Source of the DNA: Squalus acanthias
Lineage: Eukaryota
NCBI GenBank assembly: GCA_030390025.1
Contig: CM059426.1
Location: 194,618,001-194,682,000, forward strand
DNA length: 64,000 nt
Reading direction: 5' to 3'
In this document: in pieces, positions 38,689 through 50,794 of the stretch
How positions within the stretch are numbered: the first letter of the stretch is position 1
Layout of the letters: the number at the start of each line of letters is the position of its first letter
Notes under the pieces: generated by a model
The model's database searches: none
Told to the model about the DNA's origin: nothing
Seen by the model: the letters and a program-made list of their open reading frames with translations, nothing else
Translations under genes and position numbers: made by a program

Positions 38689-39609
38689 ATTTCCTAAAAT
38701 ATTTGACAATTTTATTTTCATTTTTATTTTGACATGCAAAAGATCAAAAGTACTGCTAAATTAAAGCTTTATTTTCATAAACTGAAGGGGGACAGGGTAA
38801 AGCTTAAACTCTAATTGATAACCTGTCCGTTAAGTCGTGTCAGCACATCCTAACAAACCTTTGTCGCCAATGTGTATGTAGCGTTATATTTGCTAATTAA
38901 TATGTTGGGACAGAAGTGGTGCCTGAGGGTTTTTCCTCAACAAAGCCTGATGGAAGTTGAAGTTTATCATTGAGACAGTTGGTAGCAAATATTCATAGCT
39001 AGTTTCATTTCAGCACCTGGGTACACTTCAGTTTTCTGCTGTCTAAGCTAATGCACTCCATCCACATGGGATTTGCTTCGGTGCTGTAAATACGGATGCC
39101 TCTGGAAACCTTGTGTTCCTTTCAATGCAGGTCCTTTTTTGCCGAAGAGAAGCTATAGTCTAACGCTGACTAGAAACGGAAAAGGAATTACTGTATTGGC
39201 AATGCATAGTCGGCCAGTCATCCGAATGGAAAAGCTGATTTTAAACTAACATCAGAGTGGATGACACCTCTGCCACATTTTCGCACAGAACAATCTTAAA
39301 TGTTGCAGTTGTAGGTTAAATACTGGAGATGTTTCTCCAGCATGTACGAGTTGTTTACTGTACTAATAGTAATTTTATATCTCCAGCCGACCTGACACAG
39401 TTACAGCATAATTATGAATGAAGTCAGTGCTGATATTGACTTGAGTTCCCAAGACGGCAAAATCCTTTAATTTGCTTGTCCTACAGAAGAAAAAACACTG
39501 TTGCTGTAACACATTGCAGCTTGAGAGCTAGGCTCTTATCTCCTGCATTTCATATCCTCTCCCCTCTCGCATGCAGCAGAAACATTTAGCTCAGTGTTTA
39601 AAAGAAGTG

Positions 39610-39795
39610 GTGGAAATCTGAAATAAAAACTCATCTTGCTGGAAATGCTCAGCAGAACCCCCTTCACCTGGAAGAGAAACAACCGGTTAATGTGTTTGTG
39701 TGCAGGCGTGGGGTGGGTGCGGGGCATTACTTTGCCTCTTTTTTTTGGATGCTGGCCGACTTGCTGTGTCTTTCCAGCAGTTTTTATTCTTTCTT
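39610..39795. mobile_element. Decayed Penelope pLTR fold-back
   Basis: GGAAATCTGAAATAAAAAC..GCTGGAAATGCTCAGCAG on the left; GATGCTGGCCGACTTGCTG..TTTCCAGCAGTTTTTATT on the right. Confidence 0.55.
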
Positions 39796-40537
39796 CAGCG
39801 CTACTTAGCTTGGCCACTCAACCTTATTTTGTGAAAGTCAAGCAGGTGCGTTTTAAATATAGGAACTTCCTATTTGATTTCATAAATCTTTGTAATAAGG
39901 AGGAAGATTTTATTAACTTTCAACTATTTTACAACTGCCGTCAGCGCAACTGATGTGGTGGGGTGGGGAAATCCTAATGGGACAAAAGGTGAATTTGTAT
40001 GTGAACAGTATTCTATTTGTGACGCAATGAAGTATTTATTTAGCAATTTACCGTACTGTAGTATCTCTTTAACCCTTTCCCCCATGGTAGGGCATTTCAA
40101 GCCCCGTCTGTTTCCTTGTCCAGCACGCTGATTCTATATTGTGCCCCTGGCATTGGTTTGGTGTCAAAAATGTTACACCCAGGCAGAGGGGAGAAAAGGG
40201 TGCAGTGTCTGCACAACATGGATTTATGATCAGTGTTCCAATAATTTCTATAGTGGTTAATTTTGCAATATTGAGGCCAGACTCTAACCAAGTAGCTATA
40301 ACCTCCAGTGCATTTGCCGTTGAACAATTAGGAAGAATGAGTGAACAAACCTGCATTTATATAGCATCTTCACATCATCAGGACATCCCAAAGCACTTCA
40401 CAGCCAGTTAAGTACTTCCTAGTTGCTGGTGGCTGAATGCAACTTTTTGTTCTTGAGAAGTTAATGATTAGGTAATTGGCTACTTCAACAAAGCTCTTCA
40501 CCTCCCTCAGGAGATTCAAAAAAACGTTGGCAAGAGC

Positions 40538-40575
40538 AGTTCTGATGAAGGGTCATACGACCTGAAACGTTAACT
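40538..40575 (+). ncRNA. Minimal hammerhead ribozyme motif in a Penelope pLTR fragment (40538-40640)
   Basis: AGUU-CUGAUGA-A-GGGUC-AUAC-GACCU-GAAA-C/GUU-AACU; stem I AGUU:AACU. Confidence 0.65.
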
Positions 40576-41352
40576 TTTATTCCTTTGTCCATAGATGTTA
40601 CCTGACCTAAATGTTTCCAGCATTTTCTGTTTTTATTTCAAAGTTCAGATTGTCCATTACCTGTTGATGGGCCAGTTGTCCTTTTCTTGGGCCAGATTTG
40701 TTGTTTCATGAGTTATCATTGCTTTATAAGTGTTTAGTGTAAACACTGAGTGGGGGGGAAAAAAGATTTTTTTTTGGTAGAACTGACCACCCATTTCCTC
40801 TTCTCCCCCTCCGCATTTTCTCCCATACCATACTTATGAGCAGCAAGCCCCAGCTGCACCATCCTTCTCTCTTGCGAACCTTCCTACCCAGCACACCCGC
40901 TAGCCTCACCAACCTTTATTCTGTGCTGCTCACCCCCACCCACCACTGCCCCTTTGGACTCTGACAGCAGATCAACGATCACTGCCCCTCTCTGCATTTC
41001 CCTTCAGAATATTCGTTCACTCACGATCAGGACCCTTGCCACCTACTGCCTTCTTGTGGGTCATTGCATTGACATCCTGGTTTTGACTGAACCTTCATCG
41101 TGGGGATTGACACCTTGCCCTTTAACAAAGCCTGCCAACCAGGCTATACTTTCCCCCCACCTGCCCTACTCAAAACCATTACAATGGTGGTGTGGCCTTT
41201 ATCACCAAGTTGCACTTCTGTCTCTTTCCTTAGTCCTCTGGCACTTTATCCTCCTTCAAGCACATCACCTTATTCCACCCATCTCATCTCCTTCCAAATC
41301 CTTATTGTTTACTGCCCCCACCTCCCACCCACCAAGCCCTACCCTGAGATAT

Positions 41353-41740
41353 TGGCCCAGATTTTGTGGTCAGCGGCGAAGGAACAGCGCTCACCGTCCG
41401 CTACGCTGACAGCTGCCCACAGAGTTTTCATGAGCTTTTGAGTGGAGACTTACTGTCGTTGGGCGTCTGATCCAGTGCGGCACCCTCTACAGGGGATCTG
41501 GCATGTGTGAGCAGGACACGCAACAGCGTGGCTCTTCAACCAATCAGATTGGAGAATCCTCACTGAGCCATGCAGAGACTAAACCAGGAAGTATAAATTA
41601 GATTTAAATCATATACAAAAAGCAAAATAAAGAGAGGGAATGAAAGATGGGATTAAGAGAGAGAGATGAAAGAGACAGACAGAAAAAGTTTTAAAAAAAA
41701 AACATTTTCTGAAATCTCTAACACACTAATTAAATTCTGA
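41353..41740. mobile_element. Partial Harbinger-type MITE
   Basis: Starts GGCCCAGATTTTGTGGTCAGCGGCG, similar to the reverse complement of the right TIR of 10462-11206. Confidence 0.55.
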
Positions 41741-41871
41741 CATCCAGTTTTACCTTTCCGCCACCCCTCTCGAGCTCTCCTCTCTCCCTGTTGTCAGATT
41801 GCTTGCCTGACATCCAGTCTTGTATGAGCCACAATTCCCTCCTGCTGAACATTGGGAAGATTTAAGCCATT

Positions 41872-42693
41872 GGGCTGGATTTTCAATGACCCGTGGAGTC
41901 GGGTTTGGAGGTGTGTGGGGGGTTAAAGTTGCAGATTCGGGGGTCCCGCCTCCATGCCAGTTTCTCTGGCGGCGGGTACCTGACCTGTGCCTGGACCCGC
42001 CTCCCCGAGGCGGGAAGGGATTAGTGACAATTAACTGCCTGTTAACAGGTAGTTAACAGGCAGTTTTTTGGATAATCCCTATTTTCATTGCTGAAATGTG
42101 GGCTTCCCGACAGGTGGCGACCACGCCAAGTTATCGGGGTGGACCGTGGGTCTGCAGGGGTTGGAGGGGTCGATATGTCCGGTGGGCAGGTGAGTGATGG
42201 GTGCATGTGTGCAGAGGTAAGTGTGTAAGGTAAGTGCTAAGTGTTGGAAAAAGTTTTACTTACCTTAACTTCCTCCTGCAGGTGTCAGCCCTTCAGTTCT
42301 CGGGAGTCAGAAATCTCACCAGCACAGAAAGCAGAAAAGCCGTGGTCCTGTCAAAAACTGCAGCCTTCTGTTTTCTGTGGTGGAATGATTTCTAACTCAG
42401 CCTGAGAGGAAGGACTGAAGTTAGAAATCATATTGTCAATGTTTGACAGCTTCACAGAGCTGTCAAACGCTGATATTTCATCTGTCAAAAGCTCTTGACA
42501 GATGAAATGTCAATCTGTGACGTCACCTGTTGCCGGGTGGCCCTTAATTGGCCTGCTGAGCCCACTGGGCGGGCTCAACAAGGTCAATCAAGGGAAAATA
42601 CAGTGGGTTGGCCACATCTTGATGGAGGCGGGTTTACAAGCCAGAATGTGTGATTCCCGACCCCAACCCGACCCCAGTTTCAAAATCCAGCCC
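41872..42693 (+). mobile_element. Harbinger-type MITE, 822 bp, copy 2
   Basis: Perfect 12-bp TIR GGGCTGGATTTT...AAAATCCAGCCC; 3-bp TSD ATT; interrupts L2. Confidence 0.9.
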
Positions 42694-45390
42694 ATTGTCT
42701 TTGACACCCTACGCCATAAACTCCGTGCTCTTTCCACTGATTCTACCCCCACTCCCCAGCCACTGCCTCAGGCTGATCAAGACGGTTGCAATTTCATCAT
42801 CCTATTCGACTTCGATTAGAGCTTTCAATCCCATATCTTCTCACAAAAGACTGCCGACTTCCACCTCCATAACATTGCCTACCTCCACGTCTACATAACT
42901 CCAACAGCTATTGAAGTCCATATCCTGTCCTGACTGCCATTACCTCTATCCTCACTGAAATTCATTGGCCTTTGGTCCCCCAGTGCCTCAGATTTAAAAT
43001 CCTCATCCTTGTGTTTAAATTGTTTCCTGGTCTCTCCTCTCCCCATCTCTGTAACCTCTTCCTGTCTACAATCCCCCCGCCCCAATATATTTTATACCTC
43101 TGTCTATCACCCCTCCTTCATCCCCCCCATTGGCAGCCTTACCTTCAGCTGCCTCGTCCCCACACTCTAGAATTCCGTCCTTCCACCTCTCTATCTGCCT
43201 CTCCTCCTTTACGACCCTGTTTAAATCCCACCTATTTGACCATGGGTTTGGCCACCTTTCCTAGCAGCTTCTCCTTTGGTTCAGCGTCTGTTGATGGTGA
43301 TGACCCTTGCTAGGATATAGTTCCATAAGTGATGCTGTCTTCCAGCACCTTGTCTAAGCGAGCAGTCACCATGTGCAAGCCCAGACAGAGAATGTTGTCA
43401 GGCTATTTGATGATGGGACACATTGACGCCACCTTCAAATGTCCTCGCCTGACATCCAAACAGTTGCATATTCAAGCAAGGGATCACGGAAAAGTGTTCA
43501 GGAATACATTTTGCTCCCCCTTTCATATCCTGGTGCATTGAGATCCAAAGTACTGCCCTGGGCAAGAGAAATTAACTCCGAAGAGACCATGGCTTGAATC
43601 TGCAACACTCCTGGCTCAAGTACCACAACACATGGTGCAATTACATACTGAGAAATCTGGAGTGACATCTTGTATATCATTAAAAAAAATATATATATAT
43701 ATACACATAAGACAGCATGCACACATTTTGAAAGCTGTGCTTGGCCTGGAGTACACCATGAAGCAGCTGATCAATCATTTCTCATATAGCAGTTCCTATA
43801 ATGGAATGAGTTGGACAGGTTAATAAAATAATTTATGTACATTAGTGGGCATATTGTAATCAAATTTTTGTTTTTTGAAGCCACTGATAAAATTGGGGAA
43901 ACTGCAGCTACATTTACCATTTATGTAACTAAATAGGCTCTAAAAATGAAACCAGTAAGCTTAGCATTTAAATATTGCTCGAGTTTGGCATCACCTTTGT
44001 CTTACTGAATAAACAGGTACTCTATAGGTGGACTGGATGCTGTGATGGCTAGTACTGCAAGGATTATTAAGACTCTTAATTATCAGCATGTAGTTTAAAA
44101 AAAATACAATTATGTATCTCAATAGCACATCTAAGAGCAAACCTCTTAGTTATAACCCTGGATTGCGCTGGTTTTTGCTATTTCTCAGTTAGATGGTGCA
44201 ACAGTTCTGTTCATCGGGGTGGGGTTGGTTGGGGGGCGGGGTGAATGCCTAATACACAGGTAGATAATAAGGGTTTAGGAGTTGTACTTGCCCATAAGTC
44301 ATACTAGCATATGTAACATTTCATGCAGAATATATCCCAGTACTTCCATTGTAAAATAAAATGTTCTACATAACTCTCCTCACTGTGGATTTATATTTCA
44401 GACCTGAAAGTCACAGAAAATGCTTCAAATCTTAATTTAATTCTGGCAGAATGAGCACTAACCTCGCAATCTCCTTTCCAGCCTGAGCATTGTAAAATGG
44501 TATTTTATTAGAAACAATAATGACATTAGCTTGTAGCTACCCAAGACTCAAAATGAAAGTTATGACATTAATTTAGGAATGTGCAAGAAGGGAAAGGTTA
44601 CAGTGCAAGGTTGAAGTGCAACCAAGGGCAGTGTAAAGCATGGAACCCTGCAGTTTTGCATGGTTCACTACTGTGGCAGCAAATCCCCCGTGGTACAAGC
44701 AAGAAGAGGCAATCCATACAGCATGTTGGAGGTCATGGCCCTTCACCTCCATGTTTTATTTTAACAAGGTAGACATTTGATAGCAGCTTTCGCTCTCTTT
44801 TTCTCCCCTCTTTATAGGCTCATCTCCATGCCATGTGCTGAGGGTGCACTCTGGTGATTTGTTAGGTAATTTCACTATCACATGCATGCATCCTTACCTG
44901 TAGTAGTCTGCAACAGGATTGTTTCAAATTCGGGTCTGCAGTAGCTATTTTCTTGGGTTCAGCATCATCGACTATAGACAGATGTCACAACCCTTAAGAT
45001 CAGAAGTTTACCTTTCTTGATTAATATCGAGTCCTACGATAGCATGACTGTAGGTCGCAACAATGACAGTCCCTTGTTATCTCAACTACATAATCTAATC
45101 TCGCACATGCCATCAGGTGCGCTTCTCAAATCTTCTGAAAGGCAGACTAATGAAGACTTTACTCAGATAAGGCCAGATTATGAATCAACTGGCTGCGTTA
45201 TTATTGATGTATATTAAGGAACAGAGTGATTACAATGAATTACAACTTTATAACATTTTTCGTAACCTGGAAAATACCAAAACACGGCACATTGTTCCTT
45301 TTAGATGGCTTCATGTAATTTCTGATCAGCACTAAGCTCAAGGGGAGAGATCTTTCTCACTTTAGGTCCTTATTGGATCTTGCAGACTAA

Positions 45391-46077
45391 GGGTAGAGTT
45401 TCCGCTTTGGGCGCAATCGGCAATCTGGGCGCAAATTGCGTTGGTTTTCCAAAGTGAAGTTATGGTTCAAGTCTCCACTCAAATGCATTTGTATATCGCC
45501 AAATGTAAAATCTTCCATGAACCAGCGCAATTGGGTAGCGTAATAGAATGTAATTGTTTATTTTTCCTTCCTTGCATTAAAACATATTCCTTGATGTAAT
45601 TAAGAGTGGTAACCTCGTGCAGTTTGATTAACACAGCTGAAAATGGGTTTATCCCCCAAAAATAAGCATTTTTAATAAGAATGTCTAGTGAGTAACCTGA
45701 TTTTATGACTTAAAAAAAAAACTATACAGAACCATTTACTAATTTCATTGGTGTGCACTAGTCAATTTCTGAGTAAATTAAGTATTTTTTATTATTTAAA
45801 AACTTTTAGTGCCTTTGCGCCTAAAAATAGCCTAATTTTAAGAGCCTCCTCGAAGGATGCAATTAGCGGAAACTCGCCATGCTGATTAATGCGATCTGGG
45901 GGCTTGGCCAGTTTTGTGGGCGTGGCCGGCTTCTAGCACGATGTATTTTAAACCAGCGTACAAGATCTCGGAATGAAACTGGCACTTAAAATTCCCTTGA
46001 TCTTTTCCGCTGGTTTGCCCGATTTCTGGTAAATTGTGCTGGACAAAACAGCAGAAAGTAACGGAAACTCTAGCCCC
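45391..46077. mobile_element. Harbinger-type MITE, 687 bp
   Basis: GGGTAGAGTTTCCG...CGGAAACTCTAGCCCC termini. Confidence 0.8.
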
Positions 46078-47076
46078 ATGTGTTTCTTTTTTGCTCCTAG
46101 CTGGGTTGAAAATGAAAGGGCTTGATCTCTAACCCTCTCCCAGCTTTCTGTTTGGGGATTGGTTCGCCAAGCTGCCAATCAAATAGGCTACCACCTTCCC
46201 AGGTGAGGAGTTCTGGAAACTAACCCCAGCTGAACTCAAATGGATGGGACATTCCAACATCTTGTGCGAATGTTTACTGGAATCTGTTTAACAAGCCTCT
46301 GTTGTCTCGAGCAATCTAGCTAAGCGCTTCATCTCAATCTAATCTGCATTTCTTAGAAGCTGTATTTTGTAGATTTAACCTCTTTGAACTGAACATTTTA
46401 TTTTAAATTAGACCAAAATAGTTCCACAGGCAAATGGTCAGAAGGACCAATTTTTGCAAACCCTGAACATGACTTGGAACAAATTGCACAAGCAGACTTC
46501 AAAACTGAATTTCTGAAGCTGAGTGGAAAGATTTTATTTTTACTCTGCATCGAAGGTTGCTGAATCAGCATAAACAGGCCAATTCAGCACCAACAGAAGC
46601 CGACTCAATTAATGATGCAGCTCCAGTAGAAGAAGCTCAATAATTTAAAAAGGGCATTAGAGATGTCATAAACAACAGGATCAAAGTTGCAGCCGTCGGA
46701 GCCTTTGAGATTGGTCCTAACTTTCACTGCTACCTGATTTTTGAAACAAATCTCATTTGTTTAGCATTCGTCAGCTGCAAGGTTTTTTTTTATTCGTTCA
46801 TGGGATGTGGGCGTCGCTGGCAAGGCCAGCATTTATTGCCCATCCCTAGTTGCCCTTGAGAAGGTGGTGGTGAGCCGCCGCCTTGAACCGCTGCAGTCCG
46901 TGTGGTGATGGTTCTCCCACAGTGCTGTTAGGGAGGGAGTTGCAGGATTTTGACCCAGCAACAATGAAGGAATGGCGATATACTTCCATGATGTGGAGAT
47001 GCCGGCGTTGGACTGGGGTGGACAAAAATGAGAAGTCGCACAACACCAGGTTATAGTCCAACAGATTTATTTAATT

Positions 47077-47115
47077 TTACAAGCTTTCGGAGCAGTTCGC
47101 TCCTTCGTCAGGTAA
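47077..47115 (-). ncRNA. Mirror-image minimal hammerhead motif on the minus strand
   Basis: Exact reverse complement of 47153-47191. Confidence 0.7.
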
Positions 47116-47152
47116 GTTTAGCAGTGAGAGAACTCACTGCTCACTGTTAAAC

Positions 47153-47191
47153 TTACCTGACGAAGGAGCGAACTGCTCCGAAAGCTTGTAA
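47153..47191 (+). ncRNA. Minimal type I hammerhead ribozyme motif
   Basis: UUAC-CUGACGA-A-GGAGC-GAACU-GCUCC-GAAA-G/CUU-GUAA; stem I UUAC:GUAA; loopless palindromic stem III. Confidence 0.7.
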
Positions 47192-47509
47192 AATTAAATA
47201 AATCTGTTGGACTATAACCTGGTGTTGTGCGACTTCTCATTGATATACTTCCAAGTCAGGATGGTGTGTGACTTGAAGGGGAACTTGGAGGTGTTGGTGT
47301 TCCCATGCGCCTGCTGCCCTTGTCCTTCTAGGTGGTAGAGGTCGCGGGTTTGGGAGGTGCTGCTGAAGAAGCCTTGGCGTGTTGCTGCAGTGCATCTTGT
47401 AGATGGTACACACTGCAGCCACGGTGCGCCAGTGGTGGAGAGAGTGAATGTTTAAGGTGGTGTTCCCCATGGTTATTGCTATATAGGCTTTCTTTGTATC
47501 TTTGTGGAG

Positions 47510-47892
47510 GGATGCCATAGTTAACTGGATGACCTGACCAAAGCTTTCAAGATTATGAAGGGTCATCATAAAGTAGATGGTAATGGATTGTTTCACTGGT
47601 CAGGAGACGGTAATGAGGGTGCACACATTTCAGACAATACAAATTAAAGGGGAGCTTAGAAACAAGAATTCTTTACACAGTGGTAGGTTAGAATATGGAA
47701 TTCACTGCTGTTGAAGCAGCATCCATAAATTATTTTCAAAGGAAATTAAATAGTTGGTCGAAAGAGAGGAATAATAAAAGGTATGAGGAGGAAGCAGGAG
47801 AGTGGGACGAACCATCTGGAGAAAAAGGCCCATCTGGACATGATGGTCCGCATGGCCTGTTTCTGTGCTTTAACATTCTGTGATTCTATGAA
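47510..47892 (+). mobile_element. Old CR1 3' end
   Basis: AVEAASINYFQRKLNSW plus 3' UTR GATGGTCCGCATGGCCTGTTTCTGTGCT..ATTCTGTGATTCTATGA. Confidence 0.65.
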
Positions 47893-48037
47893 ATACAAAT
47901 ATGACTGACTGCTTTTAAAAAAATAAAATCACACCTTTACCACACCAGTGAGCTGTTGTCCCACCCAGCACCTGGCTGGGCTGGCATTGAGATGATTCAG
48001 CCTTTCTAAGTAACATGGGTTAAAATGTAGCAAATGT

Positions 48038-48330
48038 CCTTGGCTCAGTGAATTTATATACTGAATGTCTGAACAATACAAGTCAAGACGTCTCTGTTGA
48101 GTTAGCTGATCTCACTGAGGTGGCAATCAGGGTGCTACATTTGGCCTCGGCACCCCTTGGTTCGGGAGGAGAAAATGATCCATGGTTCCTGCTCCTGATC
48201 ACTATCCAGCGACTCCTGAAGGAAGTGCTCGAGTGAAGACATTGTACAAGAAAGGACTGGGTTCAGCTGCGACACCTCTTGCAATCAAATTTCCTGGCAA
48301 CACTCCCTGTCAAGGCTGGCACGTGAATAA
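48038..48330 (+). mobile_element. Old SINE-like repeat (a related copy lies at ~54610-54805)
   Basis: TGGCTCAGTG A-box-like start; GAGTTAGCTGATCTC...GGTTCCTGCTCCTGATCACTATCCAG is loosely similar to 54620-54745. Confidence 0.4.
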
Positions 48331-48774
48331 TTGCTGTATCGGGTTGCTTTCTACCTTTGCGTAGTGATGTCCATGAAGTCATGGTCATGTAATTGCAGAC
48401 GGGAGAGATCGCATGACTGGCACTTTTTATTTTCACACCACCGAGGAGTTACTTCACTTGTTCAAGATATTGGAAGCAATTTGCCCCAGCCAAGAGTCCA
48501 CGGCTTTGGCAGAGGTAATGGGAGGAAACTGGCAAAATGAAAAGGTAAAGGAATGTATCCAAGATTAACTTAGTCAAATTCTGTGGTACAACCCTGTCGA
48601 TCATTAAATTTGTAGCCTTTCACTGGTCAAAAACAGGTCTGGTGCCACTTTTCAGCCAAATATAAGGCAATTTTTTGAAATAAGCAAAATATTTTCTCCA
48701 TTTCCAAAATGGCTGCTGATGTACACTGGGGGCACAGAAAAAGCTCAGTGGAGAAAATGGGTTAGCATAGATAA

Positions 48775-49045
48775 ATTCATCGAATCAAACGGCACAAAAG
48801 GAGGCCATTTGGCCCATCATGTCTGTGCCGGCTCTTTAAAAGAGCTATCCAATTAGGTCTCACTCCACTGTTCTTTCTCCAAAGCTATGGAAATTTCTCC
48901 TTTTCATATATATCCATTTCCCTTTTGAAAGTTGTTATTGAATCTGCTTCCACCACCCTTTCAGGCAGTGCATTCCAGACTATGTTTTTAAAAAACAAAA
49001 TTCTCCTAATTTCCCTCTGGTTCTTTTGCCAATTACCGTAAATCT
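48775..49045 (-). mobile_element. CR1 3' end
   Basis: VWNALPERVVEADSITTFKREMDIY. Confidence 0.75.
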
Positions 49046-50179
49046 GGTCCAACAGAGAAGTACATTTTGTTTTAAGTTTCATTCAAGATTTCTTGACTAA
49101 AAGGAATATATATTGGCTTACACAAAATGACACATGGCTGCCATTATGCTATTGGAGTTGTGTAGTCAATACCACTTTATTTTATGATTGTTTTGTTGTT
49201 CCTAATGCGTTTCTTCCTATTTAACGTGCTCCGGCCCATGCATTATTGTCAATATGATCATGGACCTACTGTTTTCCTTTGTGATGGTCAGTATTCTCCA
49301 CGTTTGTGAACTGCTATATGCCCGAGTAGTATAAATACACCAGAAATGTGTAGCAAAAACTTCTTGTATAAAAGGAAATGTTAAAATTACTTCTTGGCTT
49401 CATGGTATGTGAAGTCGAGAATTGCTTTAAAGTGCTAGACATGTACCATTGGCAGTACTACAATGGCATGAGATAACTGGAAAATAGCTTTGATGGCATG
49501 CATTGCACCGATTGACTATACATTCTGCAGTGTCCATTATAAAGCCACAACTCTGCTTTAAAGCCATATTATTCATCTATTTCATCAATTAATTTCACTA
49601 AATTCAGAATAATTCTACCTGCAGTCACGCTGATTCCAGGAGTTTTTCTGCAAATAGATCAATGATTACTGCAATAAATTCTAGTTATCTTCGGAATGGG
49701 AAATAGTTTCAATAACACATGATTTTTCCCTTGCCACTTGACGTAAATATTTTTTTGCCAACTCATGGAGAATGGCAATAATATATGAACATTTGGTACT
49801 AAGTAGGTTAGATTTTTTTTTAAATTGTATTTGTCATTTTGGTCCCTGTTTGAGGGGGAAGTGAGGACAAAGTGGAACACAAGTAAACTGCTTCAGACAG
49901 ATTCTACTGACAAAACCTCAGTTCTGCTTCGCTGTTGGTTTCAGTGTCAACATTTTTCACACACTCCGGCTAATAACTGAAGCAACGTGTCGTACCGATG
50001 GTGCTGTCTCTCTTTAACATAAATTGATTTATTAACGATTTTCCAGTAGTAACTAACATGCCTGTGACTTTTTTTCCATCCGTTGGCACAGAAGCGTTTA
50101 TGCTCTTAAGAATTCCACCAAATTATAATGCGATGGCTGTTCTTTCTTTTTAATCACCTGCAGTGCCATATTTCATCTC

Positions 50180-50794
50180 CAGAAATGCGGACTAACGTGG
50201 TTGGATGCTGACAGGATGCTTGGGAGGGGCTTGTCCTGATGCAGCATGCACATATGACAGCGGCAGCGGCCGTCACATAGTTAGCCCTGTTTTACTGAGT
50301 CTCCACAGGCAGCTAATGCAGCAGTGCACTTATTCCAAGTGCTGCTCAGACCTGCCACTTTCTCAGCAACCGTGTTTTTTTTTTGAGATTCTGCAGCAGC
50401 ACTCGAGTAGATTCCGCACGGGGTTTTGTTTGAGGAGTCCCTGACTGAAAGATTGATTGGCTGTTTTTTAACTGCAGAAGTGACCTGGTACTGTGGAAAA
50501 AGTCTACAATAGACCACCTCTTGCTTGATTATTTTTTTTGGGGACACTGTCACTTTAGTGGGAGCTTTTTTTCTTCTTCTTCTTCCCGTCTCTCCCTCTC
50601 GCTCTATCTTTTTTTCTCTCCCTCCCTTTTTGTAAAGCTGTGCTGCATCACTAAACCACATTATGCTGTGCTCCACACCCCTCGCCTTCCTCCACCTCTG
50701 CTAGGCAGTGGGAGTATGGATGCTGCTGTTGTGACGACCTCTTCTGCTTCTTTTAGTCCACTGCGGATCGGCATGCCGAATAATCCTGCTGTCA
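50180..50794 (+). promoter_or_regulatory. Putative promoter and 5' UTR of the B55 gene
   Basis: Repeat-free stretch with some CpGs and a pyrimidine-rich tract (50565-50630) directly upstream of the first coding exon; the TSS cannot be determined. Confidence 0.5.

Larger units (their letters stand above)
40960..43292 (+). mobile_element. Fragmented L2 LINE (endonuclease, RT and 3' pieces) hosting MITE insertions
   Basis: ISLQNIRSL..IDILVLTE (APE N-terminus); later pieces align with the L2 at 24200-24946. Confidence 0.65.
46989..47241. mobile_element. 253-bp Penelope-type fold-back insertion
   Basis: 12-bp TSD GATATACTTCCA (46977-46988 and 47242-47253); 102-bp inverted arms 47027-47128 and 47140-47241 with one mismatch. 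Confidence 0.9.
46783..47463 (-). mobile_element. Non-LTR LINE 3' end (CR1/L2-group) interrupted by a palindromic insertion
   Basis: TLNIHSLHHWRTVAAVCTIYKMHCSN...; SFIVAGSKSCNSLPNSTV; poly-A tail read on the minus strand at ~46783. Confidence 0.8.

Noticed and set aside
46583-46602. REST/NRSE site (also TTCAGCAC at ~1414)
   Set aside because: Only the left half-site matches; there is no correctly spaced GGACAG
50521-50715. Upstream part of the 96-aa ORF as coding sequence
   Set aside because: Non-ATG start and low-complexity pyrimidine tract; only the ATG-initiated part from 50716 is kept, as a uORF
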